Virus record (IMG/VR): IMGVR_UViG_3300046396_000018
Coordinates: 1-45,402 of that record
Length of the DNA: 45,402 nucleotides
From: a virus
Lineage: Duplodnaviria; Caudoviricetes
Reading direction: 5' to 3' (one strand)
Shown: in pieces, positions 8,866 to 16,936 of the stretch
Numbering within the stretch: the first letter of the stretch is position 1
Layout of the letters: every line of letters begins with the position of its first letter
Notes under the pieces: model-generated
Databases searched by the model: none
The model's input: only the letters and a program-made list of their open reading frames with translations
Told to the model about the DNA's origin: nothing
Made by a program: the position numbers and the translations under genes

Positions 8866-9884
8866 GGGCGGATCCCATTCGCCAGCGCCTCCCGGTCCAA
8901 CGGCGTTAAATCCCGGACCCGGCCATGGTGGACGTCGAGCATGACCCTCTTTCCTTCCCGAGCACCGTACAGCCTATGCTTCATCACGGCAATGGCCATG
9001 ATGTTGGGTTCTAGTATGTCCTTGGGTTCGACAAGGGTATCCCCTTTGTTAAACCGCTTGAGTAGGTCGATGTCGAGATCGTGGAGCTTGAGCGGCCGGT
9101 AGATTCCCAACATCCCACTGGCGATGGTTCGCTTGTAATTGCCCCATAAAACGACGTTCTCCTTTGGTGGTAGGTAACGGGTCGTCCTAGACCCGATCGT
9201 GGCTTGGAGGTTGAATTGCGTGGCCGCAAGACCCCTTAGCCCGTAGGTTTGCGTGCAGTGCAACAGGGTTTTGTTGGCTTCGACGCTTGCTTCGTACAAC
9301 GAAACACCCGTTCCTTCGACGTGGTCGATGTGGTCCACGATGAAGACGTCGGCCCCCAACTCCTTGGCATGGGCAGCCTCCCCCTCTAGCCGAAGAGATG
9401 TCAACATCCCGGCCTCCGCTACCCAAAGGGATTGTTGGTCCGTCTGGCGTTTCAGCTCGGCTTTGATCGCGGCACGGCATCCCTCGGCGTCCGGCCATGC
9501 CCGGTAAGACCCGGAGAGGAAATCCCCGACGTCGTATCCTAACGCTTTACAAGCGAAGTGCGCGCGGACGGTCTTTGGTGGCGTCTCGGTCGGGACATAG
9601 TAGACTTTCTTGCCCTGCTCAATCAACGCTAGGGCTAGGGACGTAAAGAACGCCGTCTTGCCATCCCCTGAGAATGCCCCGACGTACCAGAGATCCCCTT
9701 CGGGAATATCCCCAATGACGTCACTCAATGCCTGGAAGGGCAACCGGAGGAACTTGTCGGCTGGCTGGCTGATTGCCCGGAAGGCGGCCTCGGCTTGGAA
9801 AACGGCGGAGTGGTTCGCGTCTGGGATCTGGATGTCTGCGTCCGCTAACGAGCTGGCGACGAGTGACAAGTTCTGGCGACTCAT
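8862..9884 (-). CDS. DnaB-like (SF4) replicative helicase, C-terminal ATPase domain only
   Basis: Walker A GAFSGDGKT, Walker B VFIVDHI, ATQFN, IAVMKHR.G. Confidence 0.85.
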   Translation of the reverse strand: MSRQNLSLVASSLADADIQIPDANHSAVFQAEAAFRAISQPADKFLRLPFQALSDVIGDIPEGDLWYVGAFSGDGKTAFFTSLALALIEQGKKVYYVPTETPPKTVRAHFACKALGYDVGDFLSGSYRAWPDAEGCRAAIKAELKRQTDQQSLWVAEAGMLTSLRLEGEAAHAKELGADVFIVDHIDHVEGTGVSLYEASVEANKTLLHCTQTYGLRGLAATQFNLQATIGSRTTRYLPPKENVVLWGNYKRTIASGMLGIYRPLKLHDLDIDLLKRFNKGDTLVEPKDILEPNIMAIAVMKHRLYGAREGKRVMLDVHHGRVRDLTPLDREALANGIRP

Positions 9885-10609
9885 GCGGGCATCCCCAAGA
9901 CTTTCCGCACTGCTGCTTCATCGTCCCCGTTGATATATCGGGGCTGAGGACCGGAGTAGGTCGATGCCGCCTTGGCTAGGTTCAGGTACTTCGGGTCGGT
10001 ATCTCGGAGGGTTTGTCGCAGCCACTCGCACACCTCACCCTCGGGGTGTTTCGAGAAGAGAGGGGCAAGGGTCTTGGCGGTACCTGAGAGTGGTTCGGCG
10101 TCTGGGTAGACTTCATGCCAGACATCTCGCACTAACCCCATCCACGGCGCGGAAGCGCGGGGATGTTTAGTAGTTACAGAAGAAGAAGATAGAGAAGAAG
10201 ATAGAAGGCTTTCGTTTTGGTTATCGTTTGCTTTTGTTTCGGGAAAGCTTTTGGTTTCTTTTGGTAAACCTTTAGCTTTCTTTGGACGGCCACCTTTCTT
10301 CCCATTTTCGGAGAGTTGTGCCCGGCGTTGGGCCTGTTTCTGGCGCTCCTCTTCTAAACGTTTGTTGTAATATTTTCCATCGCGCTCCGTGAAGCAAGGC
10401 TGCAAATATTTCCAAGTGGCCAAAAGCTTCCGTTCTGTCGTTCGACACCACCGAGACAGTCGTGGCACGTCGAACTCGAAGCCTCCATCGGTCCAATCAA
10501 GACAGAGCAACAGGGTATAGATACCGACCTCATCAATCGTCGCTCGACCAACTGTTCCAGACCCCACGAAATCGGTAGGGTAGAATTGAAAAGCAGGGGC
10601 TTTTGTCAT
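9881..10609 (-). CDS. Replication initiator, DUF1376/YdaU-like
   Basis: KAPAFQFYPTDF...EVGIY.LLL...W...YYNKRL...SENGKKGGRP; directly upstream of helicase. Confidence 0.85.
   Translation of the reverse strand: MTKAPAFQFYPTDFVGSGTVGRATIDEVGIYTLLLCLDWTDGGFEFDVPRLSRWCRTTERKLLATWKYLQPCFTERDGKYYNKRLEEERQKQAQRRAQLSENGKKGGRPKKAKGLPKETKSFPETKANDNQNESLLSSSLSSSSVTTKHPRASAPWMGLVRDVWHEVYPDAEPLSGTAKTLAPLFSKHPEGEVCEWLRQTLRDTDPKYLNLAKAASTYSGPQPRYINGDDEAAVRKVLGMPA
10165..10285. other. Candidate replication origin (iteron-like repeats inside the initiator gene)
   Basis: - strand ACCAAAAG/ACAAAAGC/ACCAAAAC and AAAGC repeats followed by (TCT)-rich repeats, as in lambdoid O genes. Confidence 0.5.
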
Positions 10610-10825
10610 TTATGCGGCCCCTGATATTTGCATGTCTAGCTTATTGGCTAGCATCCTCCATAGCGGGCTCGACTCTCGGGGGATGAGGTAACATTCCTCC
10701 TGTCCGTCGGAATCGCGCGGGATGATGAGATAGACGCTATTGTCGGCGTGTACTTCCACTTCGACGTGCTCGCCAACCCGGAATCTCTGGAGGGTGGGCT
10801 CGATAAAACCGCCTTGTCTTGGCAT
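10610..10825 (-). CDS. Hypothetical protein
   Basis: GGAG RBS before MPRQGG. Confidence 0.55.
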   Translation of the reverse strand: MPRQGGFIEPTLQRFRVGEHVEVEVHADNSVYLIIPRDSDGQEECYLIPRESSPLWRMLANKLDMQISGAA

Positions 10826-10949
10826 TTGAGGTTCTCCGTGCATTGCACATTAAGGAGTGAAATAGTCTGCCCCAAGATACGGCCTCTCATCTGTTCCGGA
10901 AGAGGCGAGAATTACCGGGTGCTTTAGTTTGTGGGAAAGTAGATTGGCG

Positions 10950-11333
10950 CTAGATTCGTGACGTGCGCGGATGCCGGGTGGGATGGTCGCGCATCTCTAG
11001 GGCGTGATGATGCTCACGACAACATATGAGGAGGTCAGATGCTTCGAGTGTCCGCGACTTTGGGTAACTCAGGTGATGAGCTTCCAACTTCTCCGTTTCC
11101 CAACATCGCGTAGGAATCCTGCTCTGGTATAGATATATCGTGTGTATCATGTACTCGCACCGATTACCCGCTCTTTCCATCGCTTCTTTCCGTGCCGCTT
11201 TATACTCCGCTGAGGCGTAATGCTTTTTCAACTTGGCCACCCGTTTGCCCTTGGCTTCCGGGTTCACCTTCCGGATGGGACGAGGGGATCGCTTGAGCGG
11301 TGTTTTGCGTTGGATCGGTCCGGAGCGTTTCAC
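10950..11333 (-). CDS. HNH endonuclease with basic N-terminus
   Basis: RAGNRCE...LEAHHLSY...DLLICCREHH. Confidence 0.75.
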   Translation of the reverse strand: MKRSGPIQRKTPLKRSPRPIRKVNPEAKGKRVAKLKKHYASAEYKAARKEAMERAGNRCEYMIHTIYLYQSRIPTRCWETEKLEAHHLSYPKSRTLEASDLLICCREHHHALEMRDHPTRHPRTSRI

Positions 11334-11542
11334 TTACTGGCCTCTACCGGTAACCGGCCCGTGAAGGGGCCACCAGGGTACATAGCCGTGCGGCCTTTCG
11401 GAGATATCCAGATATGCCCCGCCCCGCCACACGCCGGGCAATCCCTAGGCCCCTCAAAGTCGCGCCCTGAATAGCCATAGTCCGACACAACGCCATGCCC
11501 CCGGCAGTTTGTGCAGCCGTCTTGTTTCCATCCGGGTTTCAT
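11330..11542 (-). CDS. DnaJ-type zinc-finger small protein
   Basis: CTNCRGHG...CPACGGAG. Confidence 0.7.
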   Translation of the reverse strand: MKPGWKQDGCTNCRGHGVVSDYGYSGRDFEGPRDCPACGGAGHIWISPKGRTAMYPGGPFTGRLPVEASK

Positions 11543-11841
11543 GTCTCCCTCTCAGGATAGGAGGGAAGGGTCCTACCGAGAATCATCACCGCGACGTCTT
11601 GTATAACACCTTTCTCTTCTTCGGTGGCGAGAATGTCTGAATACGATTCTACATACCTAGCGCACGCTTCACGCTCTTCCTCGATAAACTTCTGGACCTC
11701 TTCCTCCGTCCGTGCGGCTAGGGGGAAGAGAATAGAAGCTGCTCCCCGGTCATACTCACTATTCTCCAATGCTTCGACATAGGCCATACCGGCTTTGAAC
11801 GCTTCGCCGAGGAGGTCGTAGAGAGGTTGAAGGTCAGACAT
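11539..11841 (-). CDS. Hypothetical protein
   Basis: EREACAR motif; operon tiling. Confidence 0.6.
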   Translation of the reverse strand: MSDLQPLYDLLGEAFKAGMAYVEALENSEYDRGAASILFPLAARTEEEVQKFIEEEREACARYVESYSDILATEEEKGVIQDVAVMILGRTLPSYPERET

Positions 11842-12013
11842 AAGGACTCTCTCGTTTGGCTAGGATCGTCTTACAGGCATTGATGAGATCGACGAGCGGA
11901 ATGCTTTCTACGGCTCCCCACGACTGACTGGGGAATACCTTGGTGATATGCGCTTGTTGCGTGGCGCTATCCATCCGAATCAACAAGCCGTCTGCCTCTA
12001 GAGTGGCGATCAT
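11834..12013 (-). CDS. Hypothetical 59-aa protein (not in the ORF track)
   Basis: MIATLEADGLLIRMDS...RESPYV*; fills the gap, overlapping both neighbours. Confidence 0.55.
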   Translation of the reverse strand: MIATLEADGLLIRMDSATQQAHITKVFPSQSWGAVESIPLVDLINACKTILAKRESPYV

Positions 12014-12366
12014 CGCATCCCCCGCTGCTCCAATTCCCGCCGCCGGATATAGTGCTCGATTCTGATGTTCTTCTGGCGGTGGTACTCAGTCCGGTCTTTT
12101 TGCCCGTCATCGATATAATTCCGGTACGTTAGTCGCATCCGGGCTAAGTCATCGATCCGGGCCTCACTGATCTTCTCGCCCTTCTTGAAATACTCGTCTC
12201 GGACCGACTCGCGCGCTTCGGCGAGGATGATTTTTCGGATATGGTCCCACATCCCCCCCGGCTCATAGAGCGCCGCGAGGGGAGCAAAGGCATCTAATCC
12301 ATCATCCAGTTGCTGCTCAAGCGCATCCGTCTCGTCAGGCACGAACGATTTAGGGATCGTGCCCAT
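12010..12366 (-). CDS. Hypothetical helical protein
   Basis: Operon tiling. Confidence 0.65.
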   Translation of the reverse strand: MGTIPKSFVPDETDALEQQLDDGLDAFAPLAALYEPGGMWDHIRKIILAEARESVRDEYFKKGEKISEARIDDLARMRLTYRNYIDDGQKDRTEYHRQKNIRIEHYIRRRELEQRGMR

Positions 12367-12367
12367 G

Positions 12368-12781
12368 TTATCGCCCCCCCCGTTGGATCATGAGGGTGGC
12401 GACCGCGGCGTTCATCGCCCCAGCATCACAAGGGATGTCGCCAGCGGTCCAGATCGGGAGGACCTTATTGACGACAAACTCCAGACATTCGAGGTACATT
12501 TGCTCGACCTTCGCTTTCTGGGATAGTGTCGGGTGCGTTTCTGGCGTTGGTTGCCCCGCTAAGGCCTCTAGGTAGCCTGGTTCTTCGTTGGGCAAGAGTG
12601 GGCCAGCATTGTGGACGCGCGGCGCTTCCTGGGGCTTTTTCGGCTTCTTGGGCGGCCACACGACGCCGTCACAGTTCTTGTCTTTGCACTTCGCGTCCGG
12701 GGCGCGGGGATTGGTCTTCGATTCCCGATTATCCCACATCGGGCCACCACACTTCGGACATTCAAATTCAACGGCTGGCAT
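12368..12781 (-). CDS. Zinc-ribbon protein with PDF-like putative ssDNA-binding motif
   Basis: CPKCGGPMWDNRESKTNPRAPDAKCKDKNC; GAGGG RBS. Confidence 0.6.
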   Translation of the reverse strand: MPAVEFECPKCGGPMWDNRESKTNPRAPDAKCKDKNCDGVVWPPKKPKKPQEAPRVHNAGPLLPNEEPGYLEALAGQPTPETHPTLSQKAKVEQMYLECLEFVVNKVLPIWTAGDIPCDAGAMNAAVATLMIQRGGR

Positions 12782-12814
12782 TGTGCTTCCCTCGTAGGTA
12801 CTGCGTAATGCGCC

Positions 12815-13027
12815 TCAGTCCTGCACTCGACCCGCAACAGGCGCGCGTTGCGAGAGATAATCCTTGACCGCCTCCACACAGGGGCAATCCGGTACCCGGT
12901 GTGTCATGCAATAGAACCGTCGGTCATCCTCATAGCGGGGCAGTTCGAGAATTGTAATCGTGCTCCCATAGCCATAATAGACGGACCGGCTATTGCTCCC
13001 CTTGATCCAAACCTCGCTCATAACCAT
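12815..13027 (-). CDS. Hypothetical Cys/His protein
   Basis: CMTH..DCPC; tiling. Confidence 0.5.
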   Translation of the reverse strand: MVMSEVWIKGSNSRSVYYGYGSTITILELPRYEDDRRFYCMTHRVPDCPCVEAVKDYLSQRAPVAGRVQD

Positions 13028-13245
13028 TCCCGACTATGCCGATAGCGACGGCGTTGCACGGCTTGATTCAGTTGCATCCAGAGATCGGTGCACATCGCGG
13101 TCAGTCGGGGAGAGAGCGGCTCGTTCTCGTACAGCCACTCGGATTCCCGGTCGTGGTCCGCTTCGAGTTCGGCGCAATAGGCGTCGAAGTCCGAACGGCG
13201 GAAATCGTCGATGTCGTTGCTCTGGATTTCTGTTGAGCCAGTCAT
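13018..13245 (-). CDS. Hypothetical acidic protein (start 13245)
   Basis: GAGG RBS, ATGA coupling. Confidence 0.5.
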   Translation of the reverse strand: MTGSTEIQSNDIDDFRRSDFDAYCAELEADHDRESEWLYENEPLSPRLTAMCTDLWMQLNQAVQRRRYRHSREWL

Positions 13246-13448
13246 ACGACGCACCTCTTGATGTAATCGGCGGCGGTGTTGTAGTTGTCTTCCCACATCC
13301 GTGCGGCGGTTTGGAGGTCGCGCTCCCGTTGCTGGAGACGACGACATTCTCGGACGAGACACTGGACGGTCTCATTGAACGTTCCAAAGTGGTGCTGCTC
13401 ATACCACGTCATATCGTCCTCGCTCATCCCCTGTGTATCGGTGCTCAT
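13242..13448 (-). CDS. Hypothetical coiled-coil protein (start 13448)
   Basis: GGAGGAG RBS, ATGA coupling. Confidence 0.55.
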   Translation of the reverse strand: MSTDTQGMSEDDMTWYEQHHFGTFNETVQCLVRECRRLQQRERDLQTAARMWEDNYNTAADYIKRCVV

Positions 13449-13705
13449 TGCTCCTCCGTCTGTGAATCGTGTGTGCCGTCCCAATGCTCTTGCATCTCCT
13501 CCCAGAACTCCCCATGCGACAGATGTTGGTCTAGCTTGGCACAGGCTTTGAGGATCACCCATATGATGGCGGTGAGGATGAGCCACAAGGTGAGCAGTTG
13601 CCCCGCATGACCGGCTTTGGAGTTCGCGTAGTGGCCTGTCTTCGCAACGAATGCGCCCACTCCGATACAGCAGACAATGAGGAGCCATCCCTGAAAGACC
13701 TTCAT
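13445..13705 (-). CDS. Small two-TM membrane protein (start 13705)
   Basis: Two hydrophobic segments; GAGG RBS. Confidence 0.6.
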   Translation of the reverse strand: MKVFQGWLLIVCCIGVGAFVAKTGHYANSKAGHAGQLLTLWLILTAIIWVILKACAKLDQHLSHGEFWEEMQEHWDGTHDSQTEEQ

Positions 13706-13971
13706 CGTCCGGCTTCCTCTTGGGCGGTGTGAATGGCCCGGTCTGCTATGTCCCGCCATTCCGCACTCTGTGCGTCGAGAAAGTGGTGGTAGCGGCATCG
13801 CGTGTCTGGATTCCATCCTACGGTCCAGTTCTCCCTCGTTCCAGGATAGTCGTGGGTTTGGGGTTCGCCTGGGGTACACTCGACGGTCATCGAGACGTCC
13901 GCTTCACAGGGCTCCCCATCCTCGGTGACGTACTGGCAAGGGACGGTGACGGTAATGAGATGATCGGTCAT
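13702..13971 (-). CDS. Hypothetical protein (start 13971 or 14022)
   Basis: GGAGGG RBS before MTDHLI. Confidence 0.55.
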   Translation of the reverse strand: MTDHLITVTVPCQYVTEDGEPCEADVSMTVECTPGEPQTHDYPGTRENWTVGWNPDTRCRYHHFLDAQSAEWRDIADRAIHTAQEEAGR

Positions 13972-14018
13972 AGTTGGTCCCTCCAAGAGGGTGAAGCCGG
14001 GGATAAAAGAATGGGTGG

Positions 14019-14297
14019 TCATGCCCGCGCCAGTCCATGCACGGTGCATCGAAAATTGTGGGCCTTGGACGTGCAGCCATATCCACACGATCCATAGTGG
14101 GAGTCCTTCCCAGGCCACGAATGGAGCGTGTTGAGGCCATCCTTGAACCGCCAGATAAAGGGTGCCCGGTCGCTGCCATCATCAAAGGTCATCCAGCAGA
14201 GATTACCGTCGACACTCAGTACTGTGCCAATCTCCCGGCCTTTATACGTAACCCGGTCGCCTTTGCGTGGCGCATGATCCGCGTTTAGTACTGTCAT
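14019..14297 (-). CDS. First early gene, SH3-like N-terminus with Cys/His tail
   Basis: KGDRVTYKGREIGTVLSVDG; GGAG RBS downstream of a strong promoter. Confidence 0.6.
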   Translation of the reverse strand: MTVLNADHAPRKGDRVTYKGREIGTVLSVDGNLCWMTFDDGSDRAPFIWRFKDGLNTLHSWPGKDSHYGSCGYGCTSKAHNFRCTVHGLARA

Positions 14298-14322
14298 GGT
14301 CGTCTCCATAAGGTCTGAGAGA

Positions 14323-14351
14323 ATCATACGAAATCCTTTGCCATATGTCAA
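14323..14351 (-). promoter_or_regulatory. Near-consensus sigma70 promoter driving the leftward arm
   Basis: TTGACA (14346-14351), 17 bp, TATGAT (14323-14328). Confidence 0.85.
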
Positions 14352-14394
14352 CCCCCCAGTTTACGGCACTAGTTGCGGCCACGGAAACAGACCT

Positions 14395-14424
14395 CTTGAC
14401 AGTATATCGTCAAGGTACTACCTT
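14395..14424 (+). promoter_or_regulatory. Rightward sigma70 promoter overlapped by a palindromic operator-like site
   Basis: TTGACA (14396-14401), 17 bp, TACCTT (14419-14424); CTTGAC-N8-GTCAAG at 14395-14414. Confidence 0.7.
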
Positions 14425-14432
14425 ACAATCAC

Positions 14433-14615
14433 ATGGACTACGTGAAGATTCCGTTGAGCCCCAAACGGGCCAAACTGCGCAAACTCCTCCGGCAACACCC
14501 CGGAATGGGCGCGACCGAGCTGGCTGGGTTACTCAAATGTTCCCGGCAATTCGTCTATCAGATGGCAAAGCAAGAAGGGCTGTCATTGGGCCGGACGATG
14601 GAGGGTGAGAAGTGA
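14433..14615 (+). CDS. Small HTH DNA-binding protein (Cro-like position)
   Basis: MGATELAGLLKCSRQFVYQM helix-turn-helix. Confidence 0.8.
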   Translation: MDYVKIPLSPKRAKLRKLLRQHPGMGATELAGLLKCSRQFVYQMAKQEGLSLGRTMEGEK

Positions 14616-15004
14616 CTGACGACGTTGACGAACCGAATGGTGACGCTCGCTTCGGAGAGGCTGGGATTGATTACCCCATGGTCGAACCGCCTTCGGTGGT
14701 AGAATGTCCAGTCTGTCGCACCAAGCATATCAGCGGACACCACTTCCGCGAGTTGCCGCGTCTCACCATTGATGGTATGGTATTTAGTCAATTCAAGGAT
14801 CTTCAACGACGACAAATCATTATCCAGTGGTTGAATAGGGACCGTTACATCATCCACTTCCGAGAGCGAAATGCCGTCCTGTATACTGAAAATCAGCAGT
14901 TACAGCGCAATAATTCCTCTTTGCGGGACCAACTAGCGCAAGTCACCGAACAACGGGATGTGTACTTTCTCTCCCTGAAACACCTTGCTGCTATTGACCT
15001 ATGA
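14612..15004 (+). CDS. Hypothetical protein with CxxC and C-terminal coiled coil
   Basis: GTGA overlap; CPVC; heptad repeats. Confidence 0.6.
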   Translation: MTDDVDEPNGDARFGEAGIDYPMVEPPSVVECPVCRTKHISGHHFRELPRLTIDGMVFSQFKDLQRRQIIIQWLNRDRYIIHFRERNAVLYTENQQLQRNNSSLRDQLAQVTEQRDVYFLSLKHLAAIDL

Positions 15005-15225
15005 CCTATAGCGACATCTGCCGTGAGGCGGCCCAGGAGTTAGAGAACTTCCGCGTGGCTGACACGCTGGGCCGGGATCCGAAACCCTTGGCCTCGGCGG
15101 TCTACTTTGCTGGGCATCTTCGTTCTCTCGCTGATCTGCTAGATACTGCTAGCAATGCCTGTGTGGGAACTCGGGAGGCTGACGAGTCGATGGAACGTAT
15201 ATTTTCTCCGCTCTCCGAGCCATGA
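15001..15225 (+). CDS. Hypothetical protein
   Basis: ATGA coupling on both sides. Confidence 0.6.
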   Translation: MTYSDICREAAQELENFRVADTLGRDPKPLASAVYFAGHLRSLADLLDTASNACVGTREADESMERIFSPLSEP

Positions 15226-15713
15226 TAGAGAAACTTCCGTACTGGCCTGGTATTCCCTCACAAGAAGGTCACCCCGATCGTATGTTGTGGAAGAAGGTCA
15301 ACGAGGTCATCGAGGCGGTGAATGAGATGGATTCCATTCTTCACCAAGCTCCTGAGGAACCGCCCTCTGGTTGTGTCATCTGTCGAGATGAGGGAATTCC
15401 TCCGATTCGTGAGCCGCACGTGCATCACCCTGATGGGTCGATATTTATTCCAAAATTCCCATTCCCTGTCCAGGATGGGGATCGGGTCCAGTACACTGCT
15501 CGCTATTTAGAGTTGGTTCCTCCGCAATATCTCGATGAGATGGCCGCGCGCCGTGGGACGGTTCTCGGAGTGACTGCTCTGGGAGGTGATTCCCGTTCCA
15601 TCCTGGTGACGGTCCAGTGGGATCACGGCGATATTGGCGATGCCGATTTGGAGTATCTTATGGCCATTGGAGAAACTTCCGTCTTGCCCGATCCTCAAAA
15701 GAGCATAGATTAG
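15222..15713 (+). CDS. Hypothetical protein with C-terminal SH3-like barrel
   Basis: VQDGDRVQY...RRGTVLGV...VTVQWD. Confidence 0.6.
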   Translation: MIEKLPYWPGIPSQEGHPDRMLWKKVNEVIEAVNEMDSILHQAPEEPPSGCVICRDEGIPPIREPHVHHPDGSIFIPKFPFPVQDGDRVQYTARYLELVPPQYLDEMAARRGTVLGVTALGGDSRSILVTVQWDHGDIGDADLEYLMAIGETSVLPDPQKSID

Positions 15714-15718
15714 CGAAT

Positions 15719-15994
15719 ATGTTCGATCACGATCATTCGACTCACGAAAAGCTCGACAGTATCGCCCACGACATTCTTCACTCCCGAGATATCTTTATGG
15801 CCGCATTTTCCGAACTCCAAGCCGCCCAAGCCGCGACGGCCACTGCCCTCCAAAACCTTGCTACCCGCGTTGCTGCCAGTGTCGGCGCCACCCCAGCTCA
15901 GCTTGATACAGCTGTGGCTGCGGAACAGGCGAATACCCAGGCTGCTGACGCGATTGACCCCGCGACGTCCCCCGCTCCGGCTCCGGTCGCGTAA
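15719..15994 (+). CDS. Ala-rich coiled-coil small protein (start 15719 or 15797)
   Basis: Amphipathic Ala-rich helix, Pro-rich tail. Confidence 0.6.
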   Translation: MFDHDHSTHEKLDSIAHDILHSRDIFMAAFSELQAAQAATATALQNLATRVAASVGATPAQLDTAVAAEQANTQAADAIDPATSPAPAPVA

Positions 15995-16091
15995 AATGGC
16001 TGACTACTAATTGTAGGACGGTGGGCATACACCGTGATAGTGCGTAGGGCTGAGGGGTAGGTCAACATGCCCTCTCTCGGCATGGATAGGT

Positions 16092-16163
16092 CTGACGGTA
16101 GCTCAACTGGTAGAGCCGTGCCTGGTATGCGCGAGGTTGCGGGATCGTTCCCCGTCCGTCATA
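16092..16163 (+). tRNA. Degenerate tRNA-Thr(GGT)-like
   Basis: TGACGG/CCGTCA acceptor, GCTC/GAGC D arm, CGTGC-CTGGTAT-GCGCG anticodon arm, GCGGG/CCCGT T stem with atypical ATCGTTC loop; no CCA. Confidence 0.55.
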
Positions 16164-16260
16164 TACGCAGTGTTGGTGAAATCGGCATCCATGTATTACG
16201 TCGGGGGACGCCCCTCTATCATGATTGCCCGCTAAAAGGCCGCCACACTGCCCTCTCTCT

Positions 16261-16485
16261 ATGACTGCACACCGTAACATTGTTCTCCTCGGCATTCTCG
16301 CTGGTTTCGTATTTGGGGTTGGAACGACCCTGCTATTCTCCTCCCACCGAGTTATCCGGAAATCCCGGCAGAGTGTCGAGCATTGCGTTCCTCTCGGTCA
16401 TGGACCAGATTATCATGATGTCGAATGTCCGTCCGGCGTCTATCGTCTGTACGGCGATACCTTACGGATTAGACTTCACACATGA
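16261..16485 (+). CDS. Small protein with N-terminal TM segment
   Basis: IVLLGILAGFVFGVGTTLLF. Confidence 0.6.
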   Translation: MTAHRNIVLLGILAGFVFGVGTTLLFSSHRVIRKSRQSVEHCVPLGHGPDYHDVECPSGVYRLYGDTLRIRLHT

Positions 16486-16492
16486 GCTATCT

Positions 16493-16579
16493 GGAGGCGT
16501 GGCAGAGTCCGGCTTATTGCAGCGGTCCCGAAAACCGCAGGACAGCAATGTTCCCTGGGTTCAAATCCCCGCGCCTCTT
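16493..16579 (+). tRNA. trnS: tRNA-Ser(CGA), slightly non-canonical
   Basis: GGAGGCG/CGCCTCT acceptor, GCGGT-CCCGAAA-ACCGC anticodon arm, long variable arm, TTCAAAT T loop; C33, T-stem mismatch, no CCA. Confidence 0.8.
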
Positions 16580-16583
16580 TTGG

Positions 16584-16665
16584 AGAGAGATCGCATAATG
16601 GTATTGCAACGGCTTGCTAAGCTGTCGGCCTTACGGCTGTGTGGGTTCGAGTCCCACTCTCTCTG
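16584..16665 (+). tRNA. trnS: tRNA-Ser(GCT)
   Basis: AGAGAGA/TCTCTCT acceptor, ACGGC-TTGCTAA-GCTGT anticodon arm, long variable arm, GTGGG-TTCGAGT-CCCAC, G discriminator; no CCA. Confidence 0.9.
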
Positions 16666-16701
16666 TTCTGTCGGCGATACCCTTAGAGTGAGGTTGTATA
16701 C

Positions 16702-16914
16702 GTGATAGATAGCCCGCAATGTGAGAACTATAGAATACGGTATCTCCATCTATTGATCGAAGCGGCAGAAAAAAGCGACCAACTCGACCCCACATTACTC
16801 GACCGCATCGAGAAATTGTTGGCTATCTCCCATGTCCCAGTTTCTAGAGTAGTGACCATGCCTGGTTCTGGGACGGTCATCGGCAACGATCTCACACGAT
16901 TCACCGTCTCGTGA
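16702..16914 (+). CDS. Hypothetical protein
   Basis: GAGG RBS, GTG start. Confidence 0.55.
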   Translation: MIDSPQCENYRIRYLHLLIEAAEKSDQLDPTLLDRIEKLLAISHVPVSRVVTMPGSGTVIGNDLTRFTVS

Positions 16915-16936
16915 CCACCCTCATCGGAGTTATCCT

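Noticed and set aside
16280-16749. ORFs 16280..16705 and 16561..16749
   Set aside because: They run through two tRNA genes
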